Of a stretch of DNA of 36,000 nt, positions 27,127-35,637 are shown piece after piece. Positions within the stretch are counted from its first letter, which is position 1, and each line of letters starts with the position of its first letter. Below the pieces are notes generated by a model. It worked only from the letters and a program-made list of their open reading frames with translations, ran no database searches and was not told the DNA's origin. This DNA is from a virus (lineage: Duplodnaviria; Caudoviricetes), in the IMG/VR virus record IMGVR_UViG_3300020045_010480, positions 1 to 36,000 of that record. The stretch is one strand, 5' to 3'. Both the position numbers and the translations under genes were made by a program.

Positions 27127-27636
27127 TTAATGCTTAGAATCCTTTATTTTATCTGATATACTGATAACACATTTAATTAAATCCTTATGTGCCAACCTAT
27201 GGCAATTAGGACATAAAATAATTAAATTATTTAATTCATCAGATCCACCATCACATTTTGGTTTAATATTATGTATATCACATACACATTTATCCCAACC
27301 ACAATTAAAACATTTGTATAATATATCATGTGTTGCGCCTAATCTTATAATTTTTTTACTTAGATTAGTTCTTCCCATTGTAGGGTTTATTTTATTTATT
27401 GAAATTTTAATTTTATTTTTACAACTTTCTTTACAGTATTTAGTCTTTGGACTTTTACTATCAAATTCTTTATTACATGACAAACAAGTTACTTTTGTTA
27501 ATGGCCTATTAAGATTTTGGTGTGTAACACCACAACTTCTACTACAAAATTTACCCATACCCTTATTTATATAATGCTGTTGAGTAAAAAATTCTTTATT
27601 GCATTGTAAACAATTTCTTTTTATATTTCCTTTCAT
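27127..27636 (-). CDS. HNH endonuclease with N-terminal zinc fingers, possibly inactive
   Basis: CxxC...FCSRSC repeats and CFNCG...DIHNIKP..GGSDELNNLIILCPNCH. Confidence 0.85.
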   Translation of the reverse strand: MKGNIKRNCLQCNKEFFTQQHYINKGMGKFCSRSCGVTHQNLNRPLTKVTCLSCNKEFDSKSPKTKYCKESCKNKIKISINKINPTMGRTNLSKKIIRLGATHDILYKCFNCGWDKCVCDIHNIKPKCDGGSDELNNLIILCPNCHRLAHKDLIKCVISISDKIKDSKH

Positions 27637-27855
27637 ATCGAAAGATAATAAAATTTATTAATATTTTGCAGTAATTCGATACAAAAACTCATGTCTATTT
27701 ATAGGTGTTAAGATTGGAGTATAACTATAATAAACGAAACCTTTATTTAAACTCTTATCCAAATCCAGTATAATCTGAGGTTAACAAAAACTAAATAATT
27801 ACTGATTCACATCATATATTTTGTAATAAGGCTTGGGATGAGCCATTAATCAGCA

Positions 27856-28440
27856 ATGTTGAACATTGTAAGAGTTTATAACAAATTAAATAAAATGAAA
27901 CAAATCAAACAAACAAAACAACCTAAACCATTTGAAAAATTAAGCAGAAAAGAACAAAAGTTAAGAATTGTTAAAGATGCTATTATTCAAATAGAAAACA
28001 AAAGAATTACTCCTAGTAATGCTGGTAATTACATGAGAATTTTTGACCTTGATTCTAAATCTGAAATGTCTATACAAAAGATTCTAAAGGAAGATGTTAA
28101 CAAATGTGAATGTTGTGCAAAAGGAGCTTTATTTGCTTCTTGTGTCATTAATGTTAACAATGTCACCAGGTCGGACTTTTATAGTGACGAAGAATTTCAA
28201 AAAGAAAAATTATCTAAATGGTTTTCTGACAAAGAATTAGATACTATTGAAACTGCGTTTGAAGGACAAGTAATAGTAGATTCTAGCGGAACTTTAGAAG
28301 TTTTAGTAAACGGCGACCATTGGGAACCAACAAAATTAGCTAATAAAGCTATCAAATTCGGGGAACAATACAGAACATCTGAAACAAGAATGTTAGCTAT
28401 TTTAAATAACATTTTAGAAAACGGAAGATTTAAATTATAA
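27856..28440 (+). CDS. Hypothetical protein (start probably ATG 27895)
   Basis: Long ORF with CECCAKGALF motif. Confidence 0.75.
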   Translation: MLNIVRVYNKLNKMKQIKQTKQPKPFEKLSRKEQKLRIVKDAIIQIENKRITPSNAGNYMRIFDLDSKSEMSIQKILKEDVNKCECCAKGALFASCVINVNNVTRSDFYSDEEFQKEKLSKWFSDKELDTIETAFEGQVIVDSSGTLEVLVNGDHWEPTKLANKAIKFGEQYRTSETRMLAILNNILENGRFKL

Positions 28441-28482
28441 CAAACAATCAAATAATAACAATTAACTTAAAATTAAAAAAAA

Positions 28483-29463
28483 ATGAATAAAAACATTATT
28501 ACAGCCGTAATTATTGCAATTATTTTAGGATTATGTGGTATTAAATACTACAATTACACACATCCTGAAGAAGTAAAAACTGAAACAACATCTACTGTAG
28601 CTAATAAATCAGCTTCTACTGATGCACCTGTTGAATCAACATCATCTGTTAAAACTGTAGCTTTAGATATTCACCCTGATGTTCCTATTAATGGAACTTA
28701 TAAAGGTGTTATTGAAGTTGGTGCTTCTGGTTTTAATTGCTTTGTTGTTAACATTGACAAGGATAAAAATTGGGAATTAGTAAGTAAAACATTTGGTGAG
28801 TCATTAGCTTATGAAGGTTTTGCTACAACAGCGGACGTCTATGACCAAATGAAAAAGTATATATCTCTTATTACCGATAAAGGTGTAGCAGGCAGAAATG
28901 TACATTTTGTAATGTCATCTGGTGCATTAAAGAATCCTAAAAACGGTTTAATTGCTCAAGCTATTAAAGAAAAAGGATTTGTTGTAAACAAAGTAGATGC
29001 TGACCAAGAAGGTAAATACGCTTTAAAAGCTTTATTAGGTAAAGACTTTAAAGAGAATTCTTTTACAATAGATATTGGTTCAGGTAATACAAAAATTACA
29101 TGGTTAGAAAACGGTAAACCTAAAACTATTGAAGCTTCTGGTGCTAAATATTATGAACATAATAAATCAGATGTTGATGTATATCAGGAAATAAAAACTG
29201 CAGTTTCTAATGTACCAGCTAATGTAAGAAAACATTGTTTTATCATTGGTGGTGTACCATTTAAATTAGCAAAAGAATCTCGTAACGGAGAAGAAAGATT
29301 TACAGCATTAAGAAGCCCTGATGAGTATTCAGCTGGTGATGATGTTAAGTATAAATCTGGTTTAAATATTTATCGTGCAGTTTATGAAAACGTAAATGCT
29401 GATAACTATATTTTTGATTGGGATGCCAATTTTACTATTGGTTTCTTATTAACTCTTAATTAA
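28483..29463 (+). CDS. Membrane-anchored ASKHA-fold Ppx/GppA-like protein
   Basis: N-terminal TM and S/T linker; phosphate-1 loop VIEVGASG, QEG motif, phosphate-2 loop IDIGSGNT. Confidence 0.7.
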   Translation: MNKNIITAVIIAIILGLCGIKYYNYTHPEEVKTETTSTVANKSASTDAPVESTSSVKTVALDIHPDVPINGTYKGVIEVGASGFNCFVVNIDKDKNWELVSKTFGESLAYEGFATTADVYDQMKKYISLITDKGVAGRNVHFVMSSGALKNPKNGLIAQAIKEKGFVVNKVDADQEGKYALKALLGKDFKENSFTIDIGSGNTKITWLENGKPKTIEASGAKYYEHNKSDVDVYQEIKTAVSNVPANVRKHCFIIGGVPFKLAKESRNGEERFTALRSPDEYSAGDDVKYKSGLNIYRAVYENVNADNYIFDWDANFTIGFLLTLN

Positions 29464-29468
29464 TTTCA

Positions 29469-30344
29469 ATGGGATTCGATATAAATAAAATAGACTTAAC
29501 AAATAAGAATCAAAAAATCCTTGCACTTGTAATGAGTGCAGGGGTTATTGGTTTAATTTATTTCCTTTTACCGCCATTCATATGGTTTATGACTCACTTA
29601 ATCTATGCCGGAGTTTTATCTGTATTTGTAGGTTATTTGATTTATAATAAAGAAGCATTTTGGGCTTTCTTTAAACAAATTTCTTGGGAAATGACTAAGA
29701 AAATGATTGGTACTAACAAAGTTGGCTACATGTACCGTTTTCATGATGTTATTCTTGAAAGATTAGTTAATTTAGAAGGTAGTATCACAGAAATTGGTGC
29801 TCAAGAAATTAAGCTAAAAAGAAAAATATCTGAGTTATCTACTAGTTTAGAAAATGATAAGAAAGACTATATTATAAAGGAGAAGAAAAATAGTCCTCAA
29901 ACCATTTTAAGAACTCTTGCTAATAAGATTAATCTTACTCAAAAGCAATTAGATATTTTTATACCTCAAGCTATCTCTACAGAAAAGAAAAAGAATGATT
30001 TAACAGAATTATTCAATAACTGGACTGCTGATGCTGAAATCTTGAAGGTAAATTTAGATATGAAAGCTGATGAATATGAAACTTTAAAAGAATTAAATAA
30101 AGCAACCGATAATGCTAAAGAATTCTTAAGTGGAAATTCAGTGGAGTATAAAATGTACCAAGAAAGTTTAAAACAAATTGAAACTTCTGCTACAGAATAC
30201 TTATCTAATATTGAAAGTTTTGATCGTAAAATGCAGCCTCTATTATCTGATATGTCTTTAAACAAAGAAATATCTGAAGATGCTGGTATCAAAATGATTG
30301 AAGAATACAAACAAAAACGTTTAGGATTGGAAAATCCACAATAA
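29469..30344 (+). CDS. Two-TM plus long coiled-coil protein (PspA-like architecture)
   Basis: Two N-terminal TM helices then over 200 aa of heptad helix; 5 nt after previous gene. Confidence 0.65.
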   Translation: MGFDINKIDLTNKNQKILALVMSAGVIGLIYFLLPPFIWFMTHLIYAGVLSVFVGYLIYNKEAFWAFFKQISWEMTKKMIGTNKVGYMYRFHDVILERLVNLEGSITEIGAQEIKLKRKISELSTSLENDKKDYIIKEKKNSPQTILRTLANKINLTQKQLDIFIPQAISTEKKKNDLTELFNNWTADAEILKVNLDMKADEYETLKELNKATDNAKEFLSGNSVEYKMYQESLKQIETSATEYLSNIESFDRKMQPLLSDMSLNKEISEDAGIKMIEEYKQKRLGLENPQ

Positions 30345-30510
30345 TTATAGTAAATCAAAAAGCCTTTATGTAGAAGAGGTGATGGCAGGGACGAAATATG
30401 GGGACTACATCTTCAGGAATTCGCGCGTCATACTATAATAATAAATACAAGGAGTAAGGCTTTGATTAACAGCCTAAAAGCATTATATCTCTAGTATTTT
30501 TTTTTCACAA

Positions 30511-30583
30511 TGTCCTGTGGTGTAATTGGCAACACGTCTGTTTTTGGAGCAGAAGAGTATAGGTTCGAAACCTGTCGGGACAA
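30511..30583 (+). tRNA. tRNA-Gln(UUG), no encoded CCA
   Basis: U1-A72 acceptor TGTCCTG/CGGGACA, TCTGT-TTTTGGA-GCAGA anticodon arm, ATAGG-TTCGAAA-CCTGT T-arm. Confidence 0.92.
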
Positions 30584-30771
30584 CAATAAATTGAAATGCA
30601 GAAGAGTCTAATCAACTTCTAAATCTGGTAACAGATGTGGACTACAATAAGATTTATTATTTAATATTAATAAAGGTGTCACATTACAGCCCTTTTATCC
30701 GGCCCTGAAAGTTGGACATACAAGACTTGCAGTACAAGTAAAGAGCTATTAATATTTTAATTAAAACAAAA

Positions 30772-31113
30772 ATGAAAAAATATATAAAATCATTATTCCC
30801 ATTTAGATGGGTTATATTATTAGTATTTATGATACTATTTGGAATACTAGTTCTACCACTTCAAAGATGGGATTATGAATTATACCAAATAATATTTGTA
30901 TTTATCATAGATTTAACATTAGGAATTGGCAGACAAAGTCCTTTATTTCCTGATAAAATTGAATCTAAAATAATTATTTATAATAAAAAAGATATCATAA
31001 ACGCATTTGATTCTGGTAGAGGTATTGTCATTCAACATATTAATAGTATGAACAGCCGTGATTATGAAGAAATAGAAAAAGCTTCTAAAGAATGGTTAAA
31101 AAATTTAAAATAA
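30772..31113 (+). CDS. Membrane hypothetical protein
   Basis: Two N-terminal hydrophobic segments. Confidence 0.6.
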   Translation: MKKYIKSLFPFRWVILLVFMILFGILVLPLQRWDYELYQIIFVFIIDLTLGIGRQSPLFPDKIESKIIIYNKKDIINAFDSGRGIVIQHINSMNSRDYEEIEKASKEWLKNLK

Positions 31114-31119
31114 ACAACT

Positions 31120-31320
31120 ATGATTAATTCAATATTAATATTTACAATAATCTTTGCTTCAATTTCTTTAGTGATTAAATCCACTAGTTATTATATTCAT
31201 TATATTTTATGGTCTAAAAATAGAGATTTAAAAGCACCAACAAATTCTTATCCTACGATAATGAATTTTTGGATATTCTTAATTAGTGTTTGCACAGCAA
31301 TACTATATTACAGACATTAA
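31120..31320 (+). CDS. Two-TM small protein
   Basis: Two hydrophobic helices. Confidence 0.55.
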   Translation: MINSILIFTIIFASISLVIKSTSYYIHYILWSKNRDLKAPTNSYPTIMNFWIFLISVCTAILYYRH

Positions 31321-31441
31321 AAATAAACGTACAGTACTTTAAACACAGATGACGATGTAGGCTTATGCCAGAAGTTACAGTCTAAGTTCCTTAAACTGCC
31401 GGTGGGGATAGGTGAGCCCACTTTTTAAAACATTAAACTCA

Positions 31442-31643
31442 ATTGTTAATTTGAAAGTTTCAGCTAGGACATTTAATCCTTTGCTTTTGACTGATGCTTG
31501 ACACTATTTAAAGGAACGAGGTGAAAATCCTAAAAGCCTTGCAGGGTGATAGAAGAGAGTCTATCTTAGTGGCTTAATTAACCATGAACAATGTCTTACA
31601 AAGACCTGTAAATAGGATGTAAGTGATCAATAGAATTAACAAT
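31442..31643 (+). ncRNA. Structured leader or RNA with cobalamin-riboswitch-like motifs
   Basis: Closed by ATTGTTAATT/AATTAACAAT; contains AGGAACGAGGTGAAAATCCT..GCCTTGC and AGACCTG. Confidence 0.35.
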
Positions 31644-31660
31644 ATTTTATTAAATAATTT

Positions 31661-32527
31661 ATGCGAAAAGGAAACTTAAAAAACTTATCAGAAGAAGAAT
31701 ATGACCGTTTACCAAAATGGGAGAATAGGGCAATGAATCTTGTTAGAAGATATGGTTGTTTATGGGACGTATTTGATTATAAAAATCCTAGTTATGAACC
31801 TTGGACTATAGCATATAGATTAATAAAAGCTAACATAGGAAAACCTTTTTCAAATGCTTTTAGTAAATTTTGTAATATTGTAGAGTTTCAAGACCAAGAT
31901 AAATTCTTAAGAGAATTTGAAGATGGTAGAAGATGGGCTGATTATTATATTGATGATAACGGCTTAATACAAGAAACTAACCCTTCAAATGTTTATAAAG
32001 GCCCATATTATTTTCGTTCTGATGATTATAAAACTGAATGGAGACATAAAGTTACTGGACATAAACAAGAAGATTTTGAAGAAGTTTATAAAAAAGTACT
32101 AAGAGAAGGATATCGTTCTTATACTAAAACTTATTATAGCTATTATAATAAAGATGAATTTCTATACTACGAATATGGGTCTTGTAGATTAAAATTATTA
32201 CCAGCTTGGGAACGTTATAAAGCTCAAAAAGAAGATTTTGAATTAGTTGTAATATCTGGTTGGGAACAACAAGTTGCCTCCAAAAATGACCCTAGATTTC
32301 AACGCTATCATCAAGAAAAGAAAAAAGCTTCTCGCAAACAGGATAGAAAAACTACTAAACTTTCTGACGAACATTGGGATTCATTAATTAGTAAATGGAC
32401 TAATAGATGTTTACAATCTTTAGAAGAAAGAAAACGTAAACAAACTGAAGAATTGAAAAAAGCTGAAGATTTAAATAACGAAGTCATTGTCCGTCATGGC
32501 TTTGATCCATTAACAAGTTTTAGATAA
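31661..32527 (+). CDS. Hypothetical phage protein
   Basis: 288 aa; LIKANIGKPFSNAFSKFC...YYIDDNGLI pattern. Confidence 0.8.
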   Translation: MRKGNLKNLSEEEYDRLPKWENRAMNLVRRYGCLWDVFDYKNPSYEPWTIAYRLIKANIGKPFSNAFSKFCNIVEFQDQDKFLREFEDGRRWADYYIDDNGLIQETNPSNVYKGPYYFRSDDYKTEWRHKVTGHKQEDFEEVYKKVLREGYRSYTKTYYSYYNKDEFLYYEYGSCRLKLLPAWERYKAQKEDFELVVISGWEQQVASKNDPRFQRYHQEKKKASRKQDRKTTKLSDEHWDSLISKWTNRCLQSLEERKRKQTEELKKAEDLNNEVIVRHGFDPLTSFR

Positions 32528-32868
32528 TGATAAAAAAATTTTACAAAGAACAAGACGGTAAATGGTATGTAGATTTACCAGAATGGACTGGTTCTAAAGC
32601 AGACTTACAGATGGTTTGTGGTGCAGATACTATGCTTGATATTATTGCTGAAGATGAAAATGAAGTTAATTTAGAATTATCTTTAGAAAAATCTGAAGGT
32701 TCTGATATTCTTAATTTTATGCATCTTGCAACTGATTGGGAAAATGGAGCATTTTATCATATGCCTCAATATAAAGGTTTTAAATTTAATCTTAAAATAT
32801 GGTTATGTGATGTAACTAAATTTGTATTTGGTGAATTTCCTAAATCTATTTACATTAAAAAGTATTAA
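32527..32868 (+). CDS. DUF6717-like hypothetical protein
   Basis: WYVDLPEW...LQMVCGADTMLD...WLCDVTKFVFG pattern; family name from memory. Confidence 0.6.
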   Translation: MIKKFYKEQDGKWYVDLPEWTGSKADLQMVCGADTMLDIIAEDENEVNLELSLEKSEGSDILNFMHLATDWENGAFYHMPQYKGFKFNLKIWLCDVTKFVFGEFPKSIYIKKY

Positions 32869-33126
32869 ATGAGAAAATACACATTACAGGAATTAATTCC
32901 TTATGAACCTTTGCATGCGGTTGTACAGCTTACTAAAGAGCAACATGATATTTTGAAACCTCTTTGTCCAGCAATGAATAAATTTGTTCAAAATTGTGAC
33001 TCATATATGTTTGCTGGTGGTTATGGTATAAAAGAAAATTATTCGCATCCTACTTATACTTTTATATCTTTTGACCAAATCGCATTACCTAATGCTTTAA
33101 ACGATAACAATTATCCAATTTTTTAA
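32869..33126 (+). CDS. Hypothetical protein ending NYPIF
   Basis: 85-aa ORF. Confidence 0.65.
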   Translation: MRKYTLQELIPYEPLHAVVQLTKEQHDILKPLCPAMNKFVQNCDSYMFAGGYGIKENYSHPTYTFISFDQIALPNALNDNNYPIF

Positions 33127-33127
33127 A

Positions 33128-33487
33128 ATGAAACAAGCAATAAAAAACATCCTAGGTATATTATTTATACATTTAGTTATTTATGGTATTATAGGATGGA
33201 TATCTTATAGTCATACTACACATTTCTTTGACTACATAAAATCTTTTGGAAAAGGTGAATTATGGTTTATAGGTGTAGTAATTTTCTTATCAATAAGTTT
33301 TTTCTTTCTAAGATGGTGTTTTTCTCCATCTGATTCTAAGATACCAAAAAATAATATACCGGCTTCTGATTTTGAAGAAGTATATAACAAAATATGCACT
33401 GAATTCAGATCATCTAATGGTCATTTACCAAGCTACTCGCGTATGTGCAAAGTGTGTAATATACAAGAGTATGAAAGTAGTTATTAA
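33128..33487 (+). CDS. Two-TM membrane protein with C-terminal Cys/His cluster
   Basis: Two hydrophobic helices; C...H...CKVC. Confidence 0.65.
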   Translation: MKQAIKNILGILFIHLVIYGIIGWISYSHTTHFFDYIKSFGKGELWFIGVVIFLSISFFFLRWCFSPSDSKIPKNNIPASDFEEVYNKICTEFRSSNGHLPSYSRMCKVCNIQEYESSY

Positions 33488-33728
33488 AATATTTGAAAGT
33501 ATATTTGTTTTAATTATAGCATTTTTAATCACTTACAATTCAATAGATAATTATCAAGACAATGATACTATCTCATTTATTAGATTTATAAGTAACTCTA
33601 TAATTTCATTTGTAATAATACTAAGCTTTGTATTTACAATATATTCTATTTTAAGAACATTTTTAATATTCTTTATCAATAGACATATTAGTTTATATGG
33701 TAACAAAAATGGTTTATCTGAACCTTAA
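33471..33728 (+). CDS. Two-TM membrane protein (ATG 33471 preferred to track start 33372)
   Basis: MKVVIKIF... with two hydrophobic helices. Confidence 0.5.
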   Translation: MKVVIKIFESIFVLIIAFLITYNSIDNYQDNDTISFIRFISNSIISFVIILSFVFTIYSILRTFLIFFINRHISLYGNKNGLSEP

Positions 33729-33821
33729 AATCAGATTGGCGGCAGGGGAGGAATTCTCGTCAAGTTTGTGTATTTAGAAGAAATACTCTGGTGGACGCAG
33801 TACAAAATCGTACGGCCCTTT

Positions 33822-33855
33822 AGTAGTGATGGTAGAATTATCATCACTACTTTTT
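33822..33855 (+). terminator. Intrinsic terminator
   Basis: AGTAGTGATG..CATCACTACT inverted repeat followed by T tract. Confidence 0.75.
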
Positions 33856-33878
33856 AACAAACAACAAACTAAATTAAA

Positions 33879-34139
33879 ATGATATTACCAAAATATTGGT
33901 GTGTTAGAAGAACAGAATCAAATTATAAAATCATTAATGAATGGTTTTCTGATAATCGTCATGGTGAACCTTGGTCTGATGATAATCTTATTACTATCAC
34001 AAACTCAGGCTATGAAACAGGTCGAGATATAAAAGATCTTACTAACAAAGACACTAAAGAAATAACATTTGAAGAATTTTGTGAAGCTTTCAATATAGAA
34101 ATAGAATCAAATTTCAATCATAATTACCCAATTTTTTAA
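33879..34139 (+). CDS. Hypothetical protein (LPKYWCV...EITFEEF domain) ending NYPIF
   Basis: 86-aa ORF. Confidence 0.7.
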   Translation: MILPKYWCVRRTESNYKIINEWFSDNRHGEPWSDDNLITITNSGYETGRDIKDLTNKDTKEITFEEFCEAFNIEIESNFNHNYPIF

Positions 34140-34148
34140 AATTAAAAT

Positions 34149-35624
34149 ATGTCAAACGAAACAAGGCCCGATAATTGGGCAATAGAAGTAACAGAAGATA
34201 ATCGTGAATTATTATCTATTTTTAGAAAAATACCTATTAGTGAAGCTAATATTGGTGGATTTATTACAAGTGACCTTACAAAAAAAGAAACTCCAGGTTT
34301 ATTCTATCACGAATTAGATGTATTTCATGGATATACCATGCTAACAACACAAGAGTTTACTGAATTTTTCATTAATAATAAACCAGAAGAAGTGAAGGAA
34401 ACACAAAATAATTCTAATATTAAATCAATTTCAGGTACTGAAGTAGAAGAATTATTAGCGGATCAAAAGAAATCTGTAAATGTTTTAGAAACTAAGAAAC
34501 AATTATTATTATCTGCTGAAGGAGAGGATAAATTTTCAGATTTAAAAAGCAAATTAGGTTGGGATGATACTGATAAAACTATCATGGATAGTTATAGACA
34601 AGTTGTAGAAATTCAAGATGTTCAACAAAAGAACATTGATATGAGTATTTTAACTAACGAATCTATTTGGAATTACTGTGTTAAAAATAACTATGTATTA
34701 GCTAAAATTGATCAATACAAAGGTGCTATACCTGAAGAATTATTAGAAGCTATTGATACTTATCGTAAATCATGCACAAAATATTTTGATCCCAATGAAT
34801 TATTTGTTCTTTGCAGATTTTCAGATGTAAAAGGAGATAACTCTGATATTAAGAAATCTAAACGTTACAAAAAAGGAGATGTTTTACCTAAAATTTTATT
34901 ACTTGAAAAAGTAACTAGAGGTAATACTTATCATAATGAACACTACAAAGTAATATTTGAAATGGGTGAAAAAACTCCTATTAGAAATTTTATTACTAGT
35001 GTTTTCTTTACTCATACCAAGACTGCAAATTTCTTAAATAATACCATTTTAATAGGCGGTATATCATTATTAGTATCTATTATTGGATTAATAATTTTAT
35101 TAAGTTGTGATAATGCATCTGACGGCACTGTATTTTATGGATTAACATTTATTCCGGCTGTATTTAATCTTACTTATATAATTCTATTTTTAAAAATGGT
35201 ATTGCCTAATTGGTTTTCCTACAAAGATGATGATATTAGTGTAAATTGCTATACTGATGCTCATTTTGAATCAACTAGTAGTAGTGCCGATAACTCTGAA
35301 TTATTTAATACATCTTGGCTCTCTAGACATAGAGAATTAAGAATATTTAATAAAACTGCTTTATCTATAAAAACTTTTATTAGTTTTATAGTTATATTTG
35401 CTGTTTATTGGATTTTATCATTTACTTTAGTTACTGCTACTAAAATTGCTACTTTTAAAGTAGATAGAATAGAAGTAGAAAGAACCACTCATGAAAATGG
35501 TCAAAAAATTACTGATGTGTATAATCAAACTGGATTTTTTAGTTATGAAGTAACACAAAAGTATTTAGATATGTCTGTTAAAGCTCAAGCAAAAAGATTG
35601 CTTGAAAAGAAAAATAAAAAATAA
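34149..35624 (+). CDS. Multi-domain membrane protein with three predicted TM helices
   Basis: 491 aa; N-terminal domain resembles the upstream 86-aa ORF; hydrophobic helices in C-terminal half. Confidence 0.8.
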   Translation: MSNETRPDNWAIEVTEDNRELLSIFRKIPISEANIGGFITSDLTKKETPGLFYHELDVFHGYTMLTTQEFTEFFINNKPEEVKETQNNSNIKSISGTEVEELLADQKKSVNVLETKKQLLLSAEGEDKFSDLKSKLGWDDTDKTIMDSYRQVVEIQDVQQKNIDMSILTNESIWNYCVKNNYVLAKIDQYKGAIPEELLEAIDTYRKSCTKYFDPNELFVLCRFSDVKGDNSDIKKSKRYKKGDVLPKILLLEKVTRGNTYHNEHYKVIFEMGEKTPIRNFITSVFFTHTKTANFLNNTILIGGISLLVSIIGLIILLSCDNASDGTVFYGLTFIPAVFNLTYIILFLKMVLPNWFSYKDDDISVNCYTDAHFESTSSSADNSELFNTSWLSRHRELRIFNKTALSIKTFISFIVIFAVYWILSFTLVTATKIATFKVDRIEVERTTHENGQKITDVYNQTGFFSYEVTQKYLDMSVKAQAKRLLEKKNKK

Positions 35625-35637
35625 TTAAAAAACTCAT

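Noticed and set aside
13192-30358. ORFs 13192, 17430, 19417, 22578, 24011, 25174, 27314, 28197, 29966
   Set aside because: Antisense or out-of-frame shadows of better-supported genes.
17931-30600. HDV-like theta ribozymes directly 3' of tRNAs
   Set aside because: Sequences immediately after each tRNA are AT-rich and do not give the nested double pseudoknot.
31480-31530. Hammerhead ribozyme from CTGATG and GAAA
   Set aside because: Core reads CTGATGC rather than CUGANGA and the flanking stems do not fit.
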